A DNA stretch of 63,684 bases, the filler included, from Octopus bimaculoides (taxonomy: Eukaryota): assembly GCF_001194135.2 (NCBI RefSeq). It is 6 parts of 6 records of this genome, joined end to end, with 100 filler letters (N's around TTAATTAATTAA, not from the genome) between each part and the next. Parts side by side here need not be neighbours in the genome. Positions count along the whole stretch, not along the records: positions 35,965 to 56,161 come from NC_069001.1; positions 56,262 to 59,127 come from NC_069004.1; positions 59,228 to 61,671 come from NC_069002.1; positions 61,772 to 63,684 come from NC_068986.1; 2 more parts are not named here. One strand, written 5' to 3'. Shown piece by piece: positions 51,016-63,684 of the stretch. The stretch's first letter is position 1. Each line of letters starts with the position of its first letter. The notes beneath the pieces are model-generated. The model did no database searches and was not told the DNA's origin. It saw only the letters and a list, made by a program, of their open reading frames with translations. Both the position numbers and the translations under genes were made by a program.

Positions 51016-51931
51016 AAGTCAGTTCCACCGGTGGCTTTCAAAAGTTGAAGACGAACATTAATAATATAGCTCACACTGATCTAAGATGACCTATAATGGA
51101 CATAGACGCTGCCCCTTCCTCTAACAATTAAAGAAAAGATGTTCCAGTAATGACCATCCTGTCATTTAATGGTATATCTGAGACTATAATGGTTCATGAC
51201 TTCTCCCAATCTTTACAGCTGTGATTTGAGGGAGGCTTGGTTCTTATTTCTAGTAAGCCGTGCGGCACAGTGGAGAATCTCTCTTTGCCTCATGTTAAAT
51301 GCACATTTTAAAGTTTTTGATGAGGCACTAGGACAGTGAGCACTCTACGATGCTGTTTGTCGTACGATTTTTGGATTGGAATTTCATCAGGGTTGGACTG
51401 AAGTACATCATCTCTATGTTAAGTCCTTCTGTGCAAAGATGGATTACAGCCGTGGCTCTGTCATCAAATTAGGGTAGTTTTGAGAAGCACGAACCAATTT
51501 TGGGAGAATGAGCCTTCTTGTAACGTTTATTAACTTTAGTATTGTTTATATGATGTTGTTTGGCGAAGGAAAGTGGATAGCCGTTGTTTAGTAAGATCTT
51601 GTGGAACCATTTGAAATTGGCTGCTTCGTCTGCTGCCTCACTTTTATCTGTCGCTTATACGTGTAATTAGGCTCTGGTCGGCAGGACCGAACTCGTACCG
51701 CACATACAGGTTCCGACCGACTGTTTTCATGACGATGGCTTCCTCCTGCAAGGAAGTAAACATTAGGATGTTGTCCCCCATACCTAGAGGAGATGCAGAA
51801 GTGTCAGGTGCTTAGTACTGTGTACACAGGAGGAGGATGAACTCCGGTTCACAGATACAGATGTTGCAGAGAGTTTGAAGAATTAGGGAAGGGACTGGAG
51901 AAAGAGAGGGGGGAAGGTACAGAGGGAATAC

Positions 51932-52041
<110 letters not shown>

Positions 52042-54924
52042 CACGTGCATTTTTTATTCTGATCGTTGTTGCGTCTTCAGTAGAAGATAACAGCAGAAAT
52101 TGTACATTATTTCTACCAATAAAAACTGGTCGCCGTCGTCATCGTTTAACCGCCAAATCTGCTCAATTAAGAGACCTTTTATCACCCAACGCCATCCGGT
52201 CTTTGTATTCTGAGCAGCAGCATCTCATGCTTTCTTTATTTAAGGCCCTAGGGTATCATTTATGGGATATTTAGCTTCTGTTTTATTAGCTTGATATTGC
52301 TGTTTAACTCCTGGTCGGCCTTTGATCAAGAAAATAATCCATCGATGGCCATCCCGTCCTTTCTAAGGTATCTAAGACTACATTGTGTGTCCATTTGTTT
52401 CAAACAGTAATAGCGAATGATTTGAGAGAGTATTGACTGCTATTTCTACCATCACCTTTGTTGGTTCCTATAAAAACTAGTATTGATGATTGGCGCGCTA
52501 ACCATTGTTAGAATATCATTGGAACCGGAAGCAGTCGCAGTAGTAGCAGCAGAAGGAATGCTGGTATATATGTCTAGTTGTGTAGTAAAAGAAAATGGCG
52601 ACCAACTATCAGTGGCGTGTGCCTGCTAGTTTAGTGTCTGTAACAGCAATGCAGCTACTGATACTGTAAACTACAATCACGGTTGTATGCGGTGGTGGTG
52701 GTGGTGGTGGTGGTGGTGGTGGTGGTGGTGCTGCTGCTGCTGCTGTTGATGTTGTGACGTGGTGGATAGTAATGGAAGGAAAATGTAAAACTGAAAAGAT
52801 AATCAATATTGATGTATTGATACGAACGGCCGGACAACAACATAGCTTTAATATATCAGAGGAGGAACATGAAAAAGCGGAGTGTATACGGTGCGAAGAA
52901 GACTGAAAGTGAGGCTATAAAGCAAAGATGGTGTAAAAACATTTCTGAGAGAGAGAGAGAGAGAGAGGGGGGGACTTCAATAGCTGTGACTGAGTGTAAA
53001 AAGGAACCGTTTTAGTTAGTTTGATCAAAGACAAATCTTTATACGAAGAGAAAAAACAATATTAAGAACAATGACTGCCTTCTTCCTTCAAATGTTCTCC
53101 ATTTTATCTTTTACACAACATAACTGCATTAGAATTATTTGCGAAGACTTTAAATCTCTTTGCTACTGTTTTTTCTTGAGTTCTAGTCCTCTTGTGTTCT
53201 TTCCTCGTTCCGTTTTGCTATGAAACCAGAACTTAGAATGAAAAATTCAAAGAAATTTGTCGTCTGTAATAATAATAATAATAATTTCTCAGCTACGAGG
53301 AAGATGAAGACATTTAAATGAAGTAAAACTGTTGAGAAGCATTAAAGAAAATAATTATAATAATAATAATAATAATGATATGGAGGGGGAGGGGAAGAAA
53401 TCTGTAAATGTGATGATTCATATATATCATTTTTCATTAGAATTCCTCTCTTTCTCTCTTCCCTCTCTATCTCGCTTTGTCTGCGTCTCTTTCTTTCCCT
53501 CTCTCCCTCTCGCCCCTCTCTGCTTTTCAAACTGTCTCCCTTTCTTGCTTTCTCTTTCTCTCTCTCCCTCTCTCTTATATTGTAATTGTATTTGTATGGA
53601 TTTACACTTGTGAGAATACGTCTGCTTTGTACGTACACACACACATACATNNNNNNNNNNNNNNNNNNNNNNNNNNNNNNNNNNNNNNNNNNNNNNNNNN
53701 NNNNNNNNNNNNNNNNNNNNNNNNNNNNNNNNNNNNNNNNNNNNNNNNNNNNNNNNNNNNNNNNNNNNNNNNNNNNNNNNNNNNNNNNNNNNNNNNNNNN
53801 NNNNNNNNNNNNNNNNNNNNNNNNNNNNNNNNNNNNNNNNNNNNNNNNNNNNNNNNNNNNNNNNNNNNNNNNNNNNNNNNNNNNNNNNNNNNNNNNNNNN
53901 NNNNNNNNNNNNNNNNNNNNNNNNNNNNNNNNNNNNNNNNNNNNNNNNNNNNNNNNNNNNNNNNNNNNNNNNNNNNNNNNNNNNNNNNNNNNNNNNNNNN
54001 NNNNNNNNNNNNNNNNNNNNNNNNNNNNNNNNNNNNNNNNNNNNNNNNNNNNNNNNNNNNNNNNNNNNNNNNNNNNNNNNNNNNNNNNNGGGAGGGAGGG
54101 GGAGGGAGAGAGAGATAAAACACAGAAGTGAAAATAAGAGTGTTCAGATGAATAGCAGAATAAGGAAACAGATAGTTCTGTATACATACAATTAGTTAAT
54201 TAATATAAAGTAGGAAAATTGAAATATCTTAATTAGAAATAATTATGACATGTAAAATGAAATGCCAATTATTGACTATTACTGTTTAGAATCTTTCAGC
54301 ATTTGTGGGAGTTGACTTTTTGACTGAACATCCGTACAATTCTATAAAACTGGGTGGTGGGGAGGAAAGATTGTTTCATAGAACAAAGGAAATAAGTGTA
54401 GACAATAAGCCGAATGTTTCGTTCAACCGCCACGATCTTCCTGGGACACAAAAGGAGGAGGTAAACACTGCTGGTTTATCCAGTAGAAATATTTCAAAGT
54501 TTAAGCAATCTCGGAAAGACTTTTGAACGACGTTATGCTTTGAGCATTTGAACCAGGAAATGGCAGCCATCCCACTCTAGGTCAAGACTCAGCCGATTTC
54601 TGGCAGACTGAACGAGAAGGGGAAATAAAAATTGTCAAAGCACTTAACTGGCACTGGATTTATCAACCCCTTGAATAAAAAGACAAAGTTGACTACGGCG
54701 CTATTCGAACCCACGAAGGTAGGAACCGCGGGAAATAGTGCAAGACAACCTCCCTAATATTCTCACGATCTTATCAACTCTCAAGCTGCTAGGCATACAT
54801 ATATGCTACATATATATGTACGCATGCTTGCACGTGTGCATGGTTGTGTATAATATGTATGTATGTATTTATGCGTATGTATGTATATATATATATATAT
54901 GTGTGCGTGTGTATTATATGGATG

Positions 54925-54969
<45 letters not shown>

Positions 54970-55859
54970 GTAAATATAAAATATGTATGCATGCATATAC
55001 GTATGTGTATAAAGAAAATGAAAATTAGAAAGGTGAGACCAGTTTTGAAAATGAAGTCTAATCTATTTATGAGGCAATCTTCTCTATTTAAAAATGAAAT
55101 TTACTCTTGCAATAATTGATTTAATATTTTTCTTTGCCGTGTGATCGATATCTTGATAGATTTCCAGATCAAGATTTACTAATTGAATGTCTTCCTCGAC
55201 AAATCGAACTTTTGTTTTCTCGCTCGTCAGTTTTCTTCCTTTAGTTAAGGTTTCATTAAATCTCTGCAAATTGTGTCACATTCATTTCTCTTTGACGTAA
55301 AGTGGGTAACCGTTCATAAGCATCCACCCGTTTTGACGTTAAGTGCAATGACGTAGCTGGGAGGAGGCAACGGCGCTCCACCCCAGCCGACGCTTTTATG
55401 GAAGGGAGCGACACTCTAAGATCTGTTGTATAAGTTTGCAGAGGAGCGGTGGGCCGTGGAGGGGAGGGCAGCACACTCTAGCCCCCACCATTAATGAAGT
55501 AAGTACTTGTAAGTAATAATCTACCCACTTGATATTAAGTGGGTACTTGTAAATGACGTTGCCCCCCGCTTCAGTTACTGCTATTACACCTCGCACTGTC
55601 CTTTGATCAATTATCGACTTCGATTATATCAATTGATCTAGTCGATAATCGATAACTATCATTTCAGTCCTTATCTCTCCAAATCGTTTAAAGTCTCTGG
55701 TTAAACGATAAGAACGGGATTAGCTGTGTTTAGAAGGAGCCTTTATGTGGACGCATAACTTGCTAGAAATTGCGACTAAATCTCCTTCATTGTCTTAGCT
55801 TGTGTTGGATAACATTAGATTATGCGATGTTTCAGTAAAAGAGAAGGTAGTCATGGCTG

Positions 55860-55934
55860 GAATATATATATATATATATGTACAATATATATATACATAT
55901 ATATATACATATATATATATAATATATATGTATA

Positions 55935-55981
<47 letters not shown>

Positions 55982-56161
55982 CATATATATATATACATAT
56001 ATATATATAATATATATATATATGTACAATATATATATACATATATATATACATATATATATATAATATATATGTATAATATATATAATTACATATATAT
56101 ATATACATATATATATATATACATATATATATATACATATATATATATACATATATATATA
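55860..56161. repeat. (TA)n/(TACA) compound microsatellite
   Basis: Directly visible. Confidence 0.95.
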
Positions 56162-57186
56162 NNNNNNNNNNNNNNNNNNNNNNNNNNNNNNNNNNNNNNN
56201 NNNNNTTAATTAATTAANNNNNNNNNNNNNNNNNNNNNNNNNNNNNNNNNNNNNNNNNNNNATAGTGGAGGTGGTGTTGGTGGTAGTGGTGGTGTTGGTG
56301 GTAGTGGTGGTGGTGGTGGTGGTGGTAATTTACATTCAACTCCGAGAAGAGGAGTTGAATATAAACTAATTTCTCTTTTTAACATGAATGAAGTTTGTGA
56401 TGAATGAAGATCAAAAACGAAAGAAGAAAAACGAGGAGCAACAGGCGATTATATCTTTCGACCTTTCTACGTAACTAATGCATAAGAATAACAAGTAACC
56501 AAAAGGAAAAAGAATGTACTCTGAAATTACTCAACTGTGAAAAAAAAAGTTTCAAAAATGACAAAAGTAAAATGATATTAATATTTTGGAGATAAAAAGA
56601 AAAAAAAGAAAGAGAAAGAAATCAGCGCATAATTTTCCAGACAACTTCCATGTTGCATGAGAAAATTGATTATGAGGTGAAACTCATAATCAAATGTCTC
56701 GAGCGTTTCGGTGGCCGTGGCCGATTACTGTGTTCACTCGAGCGAAGACGTCGTCGATTTACTTCAATGAATAAACAGTTTAAACGCTCGTCTGATTGCT
56801 GTAATTACAGTTGAGGTTTTTTGTCATCGACTTCCGGTGACCGAATGAAAGGCAAAGCGTTAATATTGTCACTACTACTACTACTACTACTACTACTATC
56901 ATTGATGATCTCTCTTTTTCTTTTTTCTGCACTATTTGACGTTGAGTGAGGGAGCATAGCCTAGTGGTTAGGGTGTTGCCCTCACGATCAACAGATCGTG
57001 AGTTTGGTTCCTAGACCCGGCAGTACATTGCGTTCTTGAGACAAAACACTTCATCCTATCAAGCTCTGTGATCACTTCGACACCTGATGCAAGGTACACT
57101 TTGCACCTGTTCAGGTAATGTCGGTTGAATGGAGGGAATGAGCTGAGGCACAGCACAAACATTCGCTCACTATAAGCAAATCGTTT

Positions 57187-57251
<65 letters not shown>

Positions 57252-58921
57252 AATGAGTAAGGCGGCGAGCTGGCCGAATCGTTAGCACGCTGGACGAAAT
57301 GCTTAGTGGTATTTCTTCCGTCGCTATGTTCTGAGTTCAAATTCCGCCGATCCTTTCGGGGTCGATAAATTAAGTACCAGTGAGACACTGGGGTCGATGT
57401 AATTAACTCGTCCCCTCCCCCAAACTTCAGGCCTTGTACCTTTAGTAGAAAGGATCATTGTTATTATTAAGTCAGAGAATTGGAAGAATCGTTAGCAGGC
57501 CAGACGAAATGCTTAGCGGCTTTTCATCCGTCTTTATGTTCTGAGTTCATATTCCGCCGCCGAGGTCAACTTTACCGTTCAGGTTCCATAAATTGAGTAT
57601 CGATGAAGCACTGAAATCGATGAGTCTAGCAGCCTCCCACAAAATTACAGGCCTTGTGCCGAAAGTAGAAATGGATTTTATCGCAAGCAATAAAGAATGG
57701 ACGGACGAACGGGAGTAGATTCAGTTTACAAACCCCGCCAAGATCTACACTGACTGACATGGAAGACAAGACCCGAAAACAGCAGCGGGGAATACAATAC
57801 GTGCAGTCATAAAGTAAAACACACTTTAAAAGAGTTACATGAATATAATATGGACTGATGACCACCAACGAGGCGAATCAAAACTTTTAATAAGATAACT
57901 TAAACTCTGCGCGAGGATGTTTTTAGTAAACAAGATTTCGATTGAGAAAATGACGAAAACATTCATCCTAACTCACTGACTGTAATGCATTAAATATCCA
58001 TCAACAGAAACGAAAGAAAACTTCCATTTATTATTATTATTATTTTTGTTTTTAATGTCCATAAAAGTTTCGATAAAAAAATGTACGGAGTTGTTATTGC
58101 ATTTTATTTGATTTTATTTGATTTTGTTTTTCTTTGCGACTTGGGTCGTCTGGTTCAGTGAATCCTTACACAAAAGGCTTGAAAAGAGATATAGAAGATT
58201 GAACTCAAAAGTCTGGGACCACCCAAGTTTGTGGTTGAGGAAATTAGATAACAAGCTACATGCAGTCAAGATAAAAAAAAAAAGAGATGATGTGTTGTAC
58301 AGCTAAAATGGAGACTAATTAGAATGGAGATAAATAGACGACGTAACAGCTTTTAGCTGTTGTTACTAATGACAAACGCCGGGAATAAACAAACATTATT
58401 TGCCAGTGAAATGTTTAAATAAACGGACATACGAGCTTTAGGTTCTTTTTCCATATCTAAAGACAATATCTTCTGTTGCCCAGATTTTATTGTTGTTGAA
58501 GGGAGCGACGAGTTCGTTCTTGTATATCTCAACCATCTCAAGTTGACATCGCTAACTCGAAATGTCTTCGTATTTCGGTAGGGGAAGAACAATAATCACT
58601 TTTATCCTGTAAAGACATTTCCGACGGGAAACCAACAGCTGGGAATGTAAGAGGAAATAATCCAAAGAAAGATTCCGTTTTTGGCAACGTGACAGAAATA
58701 AATAATTGATTCTAATACAGGGCACAAGGGCCACAAATTTGGCGGTAGGGGTTAGTCGATCCAATCGGCCCCGATACTTGGCTGGGACTCCGTTTGAACG
58801 ACTCCACAAAAACGAAAGACAAGGCTGACTTCAGTGGGATTTGAACCAAGAAATTAAACGGCCGTAACTAGAAACCTGGAGGCATTTTGTCCGACACTCA
58901 AATCACTTTATCGAACCACAT

Positions 58922-58956
<35 letters not shown>

Positions 58957-59227
58957 ATAATAATAATAATAATGATAATAATGATAATAATAATAATCCT
59001 TTTTTACTATAGGCACAAGTCCTGAAATTTGGTGGGATGGGATCAGTCGATTACATCAACTCCAGTGCGTAACTGGTACTTACTAATTTGATACCCTGCT
59101 TCCCAAGAAACGCGGTGTGTTCTTTCCNNNNNNNNNNNNNNNNNNNNNNNNNNNNNNNNNNNNNNNNNNNNTTAATTAATTAANNNNNNNNNNNNNNNNN
59201 NNNNNNNNNNNNNNNNNNNNNNNNNNN

Positions 59228-59278
<51 letters not shown>

Positions 59279-59432
59279 AATAGAGAGAAAGAGAGAGAAA
59301 GAGAAACAGGGAAAAGAGAAAGATAGAATGAGAAAGAGAGAAAGAGAGAAAGAGAGAAAGAGAGAGAGGGGGGAAAGAGAAACAGGGAAACGAAAGGGAG
59401 AGAGTGAAAGAGAGAAAATGTGGAATGGAGAG

Positions 59433-59493
<61 letters not shown>

Positions 59494-59690
59494 AACAGAG
59501 ACAGAGTGAAAGGGGTGGGAGAGAGAAACAGAGAAGCAAAGAGAGAGAGAGAGAAAGGAGAGAAAGAGATGGAGAGAGAGAGAAAGAGATGGAGAGAGAG
59601 AGAAAGAGATGAAGAGAGAGAGAAAGAGATGGAGAGAGAGAGAAAGAGATGGAGAGAGAGAGAAAGAGATGGAGAGAGAGAGAGAGAGTG
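59228..59690. repeat. (GA)n-rich compound repeat with AGAAAGAGATGGAGAGAGAG units
   Basis: Directly visible. Confidence 0.9.
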
Positions 59691-60223
59691 TGTTTAGAGA
59701 AATGTTTTTGTCCTGAAGCTATCTGTTGCCGAATGAAACAATTATTATGAAATAACATATAAATCGTTGAGAATGTAAAATGATTGCCCGCGAGCAAAGG
59801 GAAAAAAATAATATAATAAAAAAAAAAATGGTCTTCTCTGTTCATAAAGAGCAGAAGATAGAAGAAGAAGTATTGAAGACTTTTCGTTTCTTCATCATTT
59901 CGTCTTTCGGTTTTAGCTGGAAATATCCAAAACTATTTTCCCTCAATCAAATTCTTCAGTGGAGCTGATATGACAATGCTATGAAATGGTTTCAGTGAAC
60001 AACAGAGAAATGGTTTTCGATCGGATACACATCTCGTTTCTCTTTCTATTTCTCTGTTTTCTTCTTTCGTTTGTTTTTTTTTTCTTCCTTTCTTTTGCTG
60101 CTCACTTTTCTGTCTCCTTTTTTTTTTCATTCTCCCCCTATCTCTCTCTTTCACTTCTTTCTCTTTTCGATGGCTAAACGCCATCAAGGATTTCCGGTTT
60201 ATATGCTGGTCTTGTTGTTGTTG

Positions 60224-60290
<67 letters not shown>

Positions 60291-60539
60291 TATTATTATT
60301 GTCGTTGTCGTTGTTGTTGCTGTTTTTACTACTAAGATGGCGATTTGGCAGAACTGCCATAAGCGTCGGGAAAAATAGATTTGCTGCATCTCCTCCTTAC
60401 GTTTTGAGTTCAATATTCTGCCGAAGTCAACTTTACTTTTTGTCCTCTCGGAATCGATAGAATAAGTAGCAGATTAATACTGGAGTCGTATTCGCTCCGA
60501 TTTCATCTATAGTAGCGAGTCTCACTCACAAATGGAATC

Positions 60540-61060
60540 CGCTCTCATAAAAGTCGTCCAGATGTGACGAACGCCTATGTCACATCCGTTAAAACTTACG
60601 ACCTGACTTTCGCGCTTTGCTTCAGGTTTCAAGTGATCAGATTAGAACGTTTGTTTTGCTGCTTCTTATAGCTGCACGCACATCTCCGATGTGCTTCTCA
60701 GTTCTGCTGGTTGCGGGTCTCCCAGAACCTTCGTCAATATCGACATTTTTCGGCCATCTTTGAAACGTGTGAACCACTTGTAAACTTGTACGCGGCTCAT
60801 ACACTTTCTGCAACTTTGCATAGGCCTCTCACCATAGCCTATCACCATGACAACTTTCTCTGTCATGGTCAATGCGACGATCACACGCTACACACGTTCC
60901 TTCGAAACACTGCTGTAGACATCGGAAGTGAGCTAGAACGTTAAAACTTAGTGCGCATGCACAGCAGAGTTCAAGATCAATTTATGCCAAGCGGCTTTAC
61001 CCTGCGCGCTTTAGCTTCGTTAGCATGGGAACAGTCTGGATACTTATTGATTAGACCTTG
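60540..61060 (-). mobile_element. Mariner transposon 5' fragment (TIR plus frameshifted transposase HTH)
   Basis: Minus strand starts TA-CAAGGTCTAATCAATAAGTATCCAGACTG (mariner-type TIR); translation CMSRVQVYKWFTRFKDGR at about 60740-60800 is typical of the mariner N-terminal HTH. Confidence 0.75.
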
Positions 61061-61614
61061 TATATGGTTCAAATGTACACAAATCATAAGACTGAGACAG
61101 GTGAAAGAAAAACAATAAAATTGTATCAGTTGGACGCTGAGGAAAAGTGGAAAAGTCTTTGACGTTTCGAGGGTCATGGCATGGAACGAATCTATTTCAC
61201 TACTCAAACAGACTCTCTTTCTGCCCTCAACATACTTCATGCTGTCATTCTTGATGCGCAGACAAACACTGAGGCTACAACGCCTTCACAATGAGTGATA
61301 ACGATCACTCTTCACCGGATGCATCTTGCCAAGGATTGTCTCAGAGACAGCCGCAACCTTAGATTAAATAAAGACATTGAAACCAGGCTCTTGGCTTTCA
61401 CAATTTGTATAAACTTTGTTATTTTGGGATATACATATGTATACCACTACCTATCACCATAAATTTTGAAGATCTCTTGTGAAGCCGGTCAAGTTTTCCT
61501 ATATTTTAAAATATAATTAAATTCCTGTTTATTGTTATACATTCTCTGAACATTTTCAAAACGATTCCTTGTTCTATTCCTCGAATTGTTTGGATTAAGA
61601 ACGTGTAGTATATG

Positions 61615-61671
<57 letters not shown>

Positions 61672-61771
61672 NNNNNNNNNNNNNNNNNNNNNNNNNNNNN
61701 NNNNNNNNNNNNNNNTTAATTAATTAANNNNNNNNNNNNNNNNNNNNNNNNNNNNNNNNNNNNNNNNNNNN

Positions 61772-61831
<60 letters not shown>

Positions 61832-62178
61832 CGTGTGCGTGTGTGATGGGGTGTGTCTGTGCATGTGAATGTATGTCTATTCAGCATGGAAGGATACTAC
61901 TTACTCAAAGCGACATTTGTGCGTGTTGCAAAGGGCAATGTCCTGAATATCAGTCGCCTGAAAATCGGGGACGTGAAACACTGAAAAAGCGACTAAGTTT
62001 CCTTAAAATAAATAATTTCTAATATATACATTGTAGTACATTGATAAACACAGACATTAAAGATTTGTTAGTGTATCAGCTTGTGCGAGAATATTCTTTA
62101 TAAATACATACACATATAATTATATCTAAGTAAATATACATGCACATGTACATATGTAATATGCATACATACATGCAT

Positions 62179-62231
<53 letters not shown>

Positions 62232-62660
62232 TATTAATATATATACATGCATACAAATATATGTATAAATATATATACGTGTGTGTGTGTGTGAGCGTGT
62301 TTGTGCATATAAATGTCTGTGTCTGTGTATGCCATATTACAATGGCAACAATTTTATGCTTATATTGATGATTGTGGAGGTACAAGTGACAATGGTGGGT
62401 GAGCGGTTTACTGATAAATGTCCGGGTCAATAGATTTTTACGTTAACTTCCGTTCAGTTTAAATTGTCGTCTGCTGATATTTGGTCGTCGCTGTCGTCTG
62501 CTTTATTTCAACATTGTTTTGTATAAGCAGAAATATTTGACAGATGGGAACAATATTCAAGAACAGGAATAAACAAAGGCAGAAAATACAGAACACATTG
62601 AATTATAAAACCAAGGAACTGAATGAAAATGCACGATAAATCGAATAAGAGATGTATATT

Positions 62661-62736
<76 letters not shown>

Positions 62737-62746
62737 NNNNNNNNNN

Positions 62747-62832
<86 letters not shown>

Positions 62833-63035
62833 ATAAACAGATTGATAAATAGTTAGATATAAATATAATAAATGAGAGTATATTACAACGTGTTGGTAGA
62901 TAGTTAAGTAGACTTATAGATCATTAGAAAAGCAGACATACTGTAAGTCAGGTAGACAGACGAAGAGAGAGATAGTTAGGTAAGTACATATACATAATAC
63001 ATACGTAGCTCTCTCTCTCTCTCTGTGTCTCTCTC

Positions 63036-63084
<49 letters not shown>

Positions 63085-63196
63085 GTATTTACACATACAC
63101 ACAGACACACATACACATACACACACATATATATAAATATATATATATATATATTTACACATACACACAGACACAGATACACATACACACACACAC

Positions 63197-63233
<37 letters not shown>

Positions 63234-63299
63234 CGTGTGTGTGTTTACATAATATTAATACAGGACATAAGACGAAGCCAGGGACAGTTAGAAGAAAAA

Positions 63300-63344
63300 A
63301 GAACGAAAGAAGGAAAGAAAGAAGTAAAGAAAGAATGAGAGGAA

Positions 63345-63413
<69 letters not shown>

Positions 63414-63420
63414 GAAGAAC
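63300..63420. repeat. (AAAG)n microsatellite
   Basis: Directly visible. Confidence 0.95.
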
Positions 63421-63684
63421 GAGATAGTGAAGAAGAGAAATTGAAAGAAGTCAAAAATACATAGAATAGAAGGAAAAAAAAACGATATGTTTTTGTTGCT
63501 CTTCTCAGTTTCGGAAAGCAAAATAATTTCACATTTCTGTTCCTACAAGATCAAGACAAATGACAAAAGCGTGCATAGTTCAGTAAACGATTTATGAAGA
63601 TTAACTAGCTTCATATATCTTTCTTATCTTCACTACATAAATACATACATACATGCATCTATATATATATATATATATATATAT

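Noticed and set aside
55084-55269. 61-aa minus-strand ORF with protein-like composition
   Set aside because: Flanked by stops, probably a decayed retroelement piece; I could not assign a family.
58495-58570. GAGTT...AACTC-GAAA-TG-TC-TTC hammerhead-like 3' half
   Set aside because: The upstream 9 nt (GGGAGCGAC) bear no resemblance to CUGANGA; probably chance.

Overview
AT-rich, microsatellite- and SINE-dense animal genomic DNA with many N gaps. The repeat families look like Octopus; this is pattern recognition, not a database result. The only protein-coding gene I can support is a + strand MYST-family histone acetyltransferase of the KAT6A/B (MOZ/MORF/enok) type. It has eight GT-AG exons from 3067 to 13780 whose phases join into one open frame of 428 codons covering the C2HC zinc finger and the whole MYST domain; the 5' exons and the expected long C-terminus were not found. 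The rest is intron or intergenic sequence filled with at least five tRNA- or RTE-derived SINE families, MITEs (piggyBac-, Tigger-, hAT- and Harbinger-like) and LINE/mariner fragments. The most interesting signal is four unrelated minimal type I hammerhead-ribozyme motifs of the Penelope/retrozyme kind (4001-4046, 16612-16662, 20664-20763, 26911-26982), all antisense to KAT6. One lies in a small element with a tRNA-like Pol III head, terminal redundancy and an inverted partial copy; another lies in a 416-bp terminally redundant unit. All RNA folds were done by eye and need computational and biochemical confirmation.
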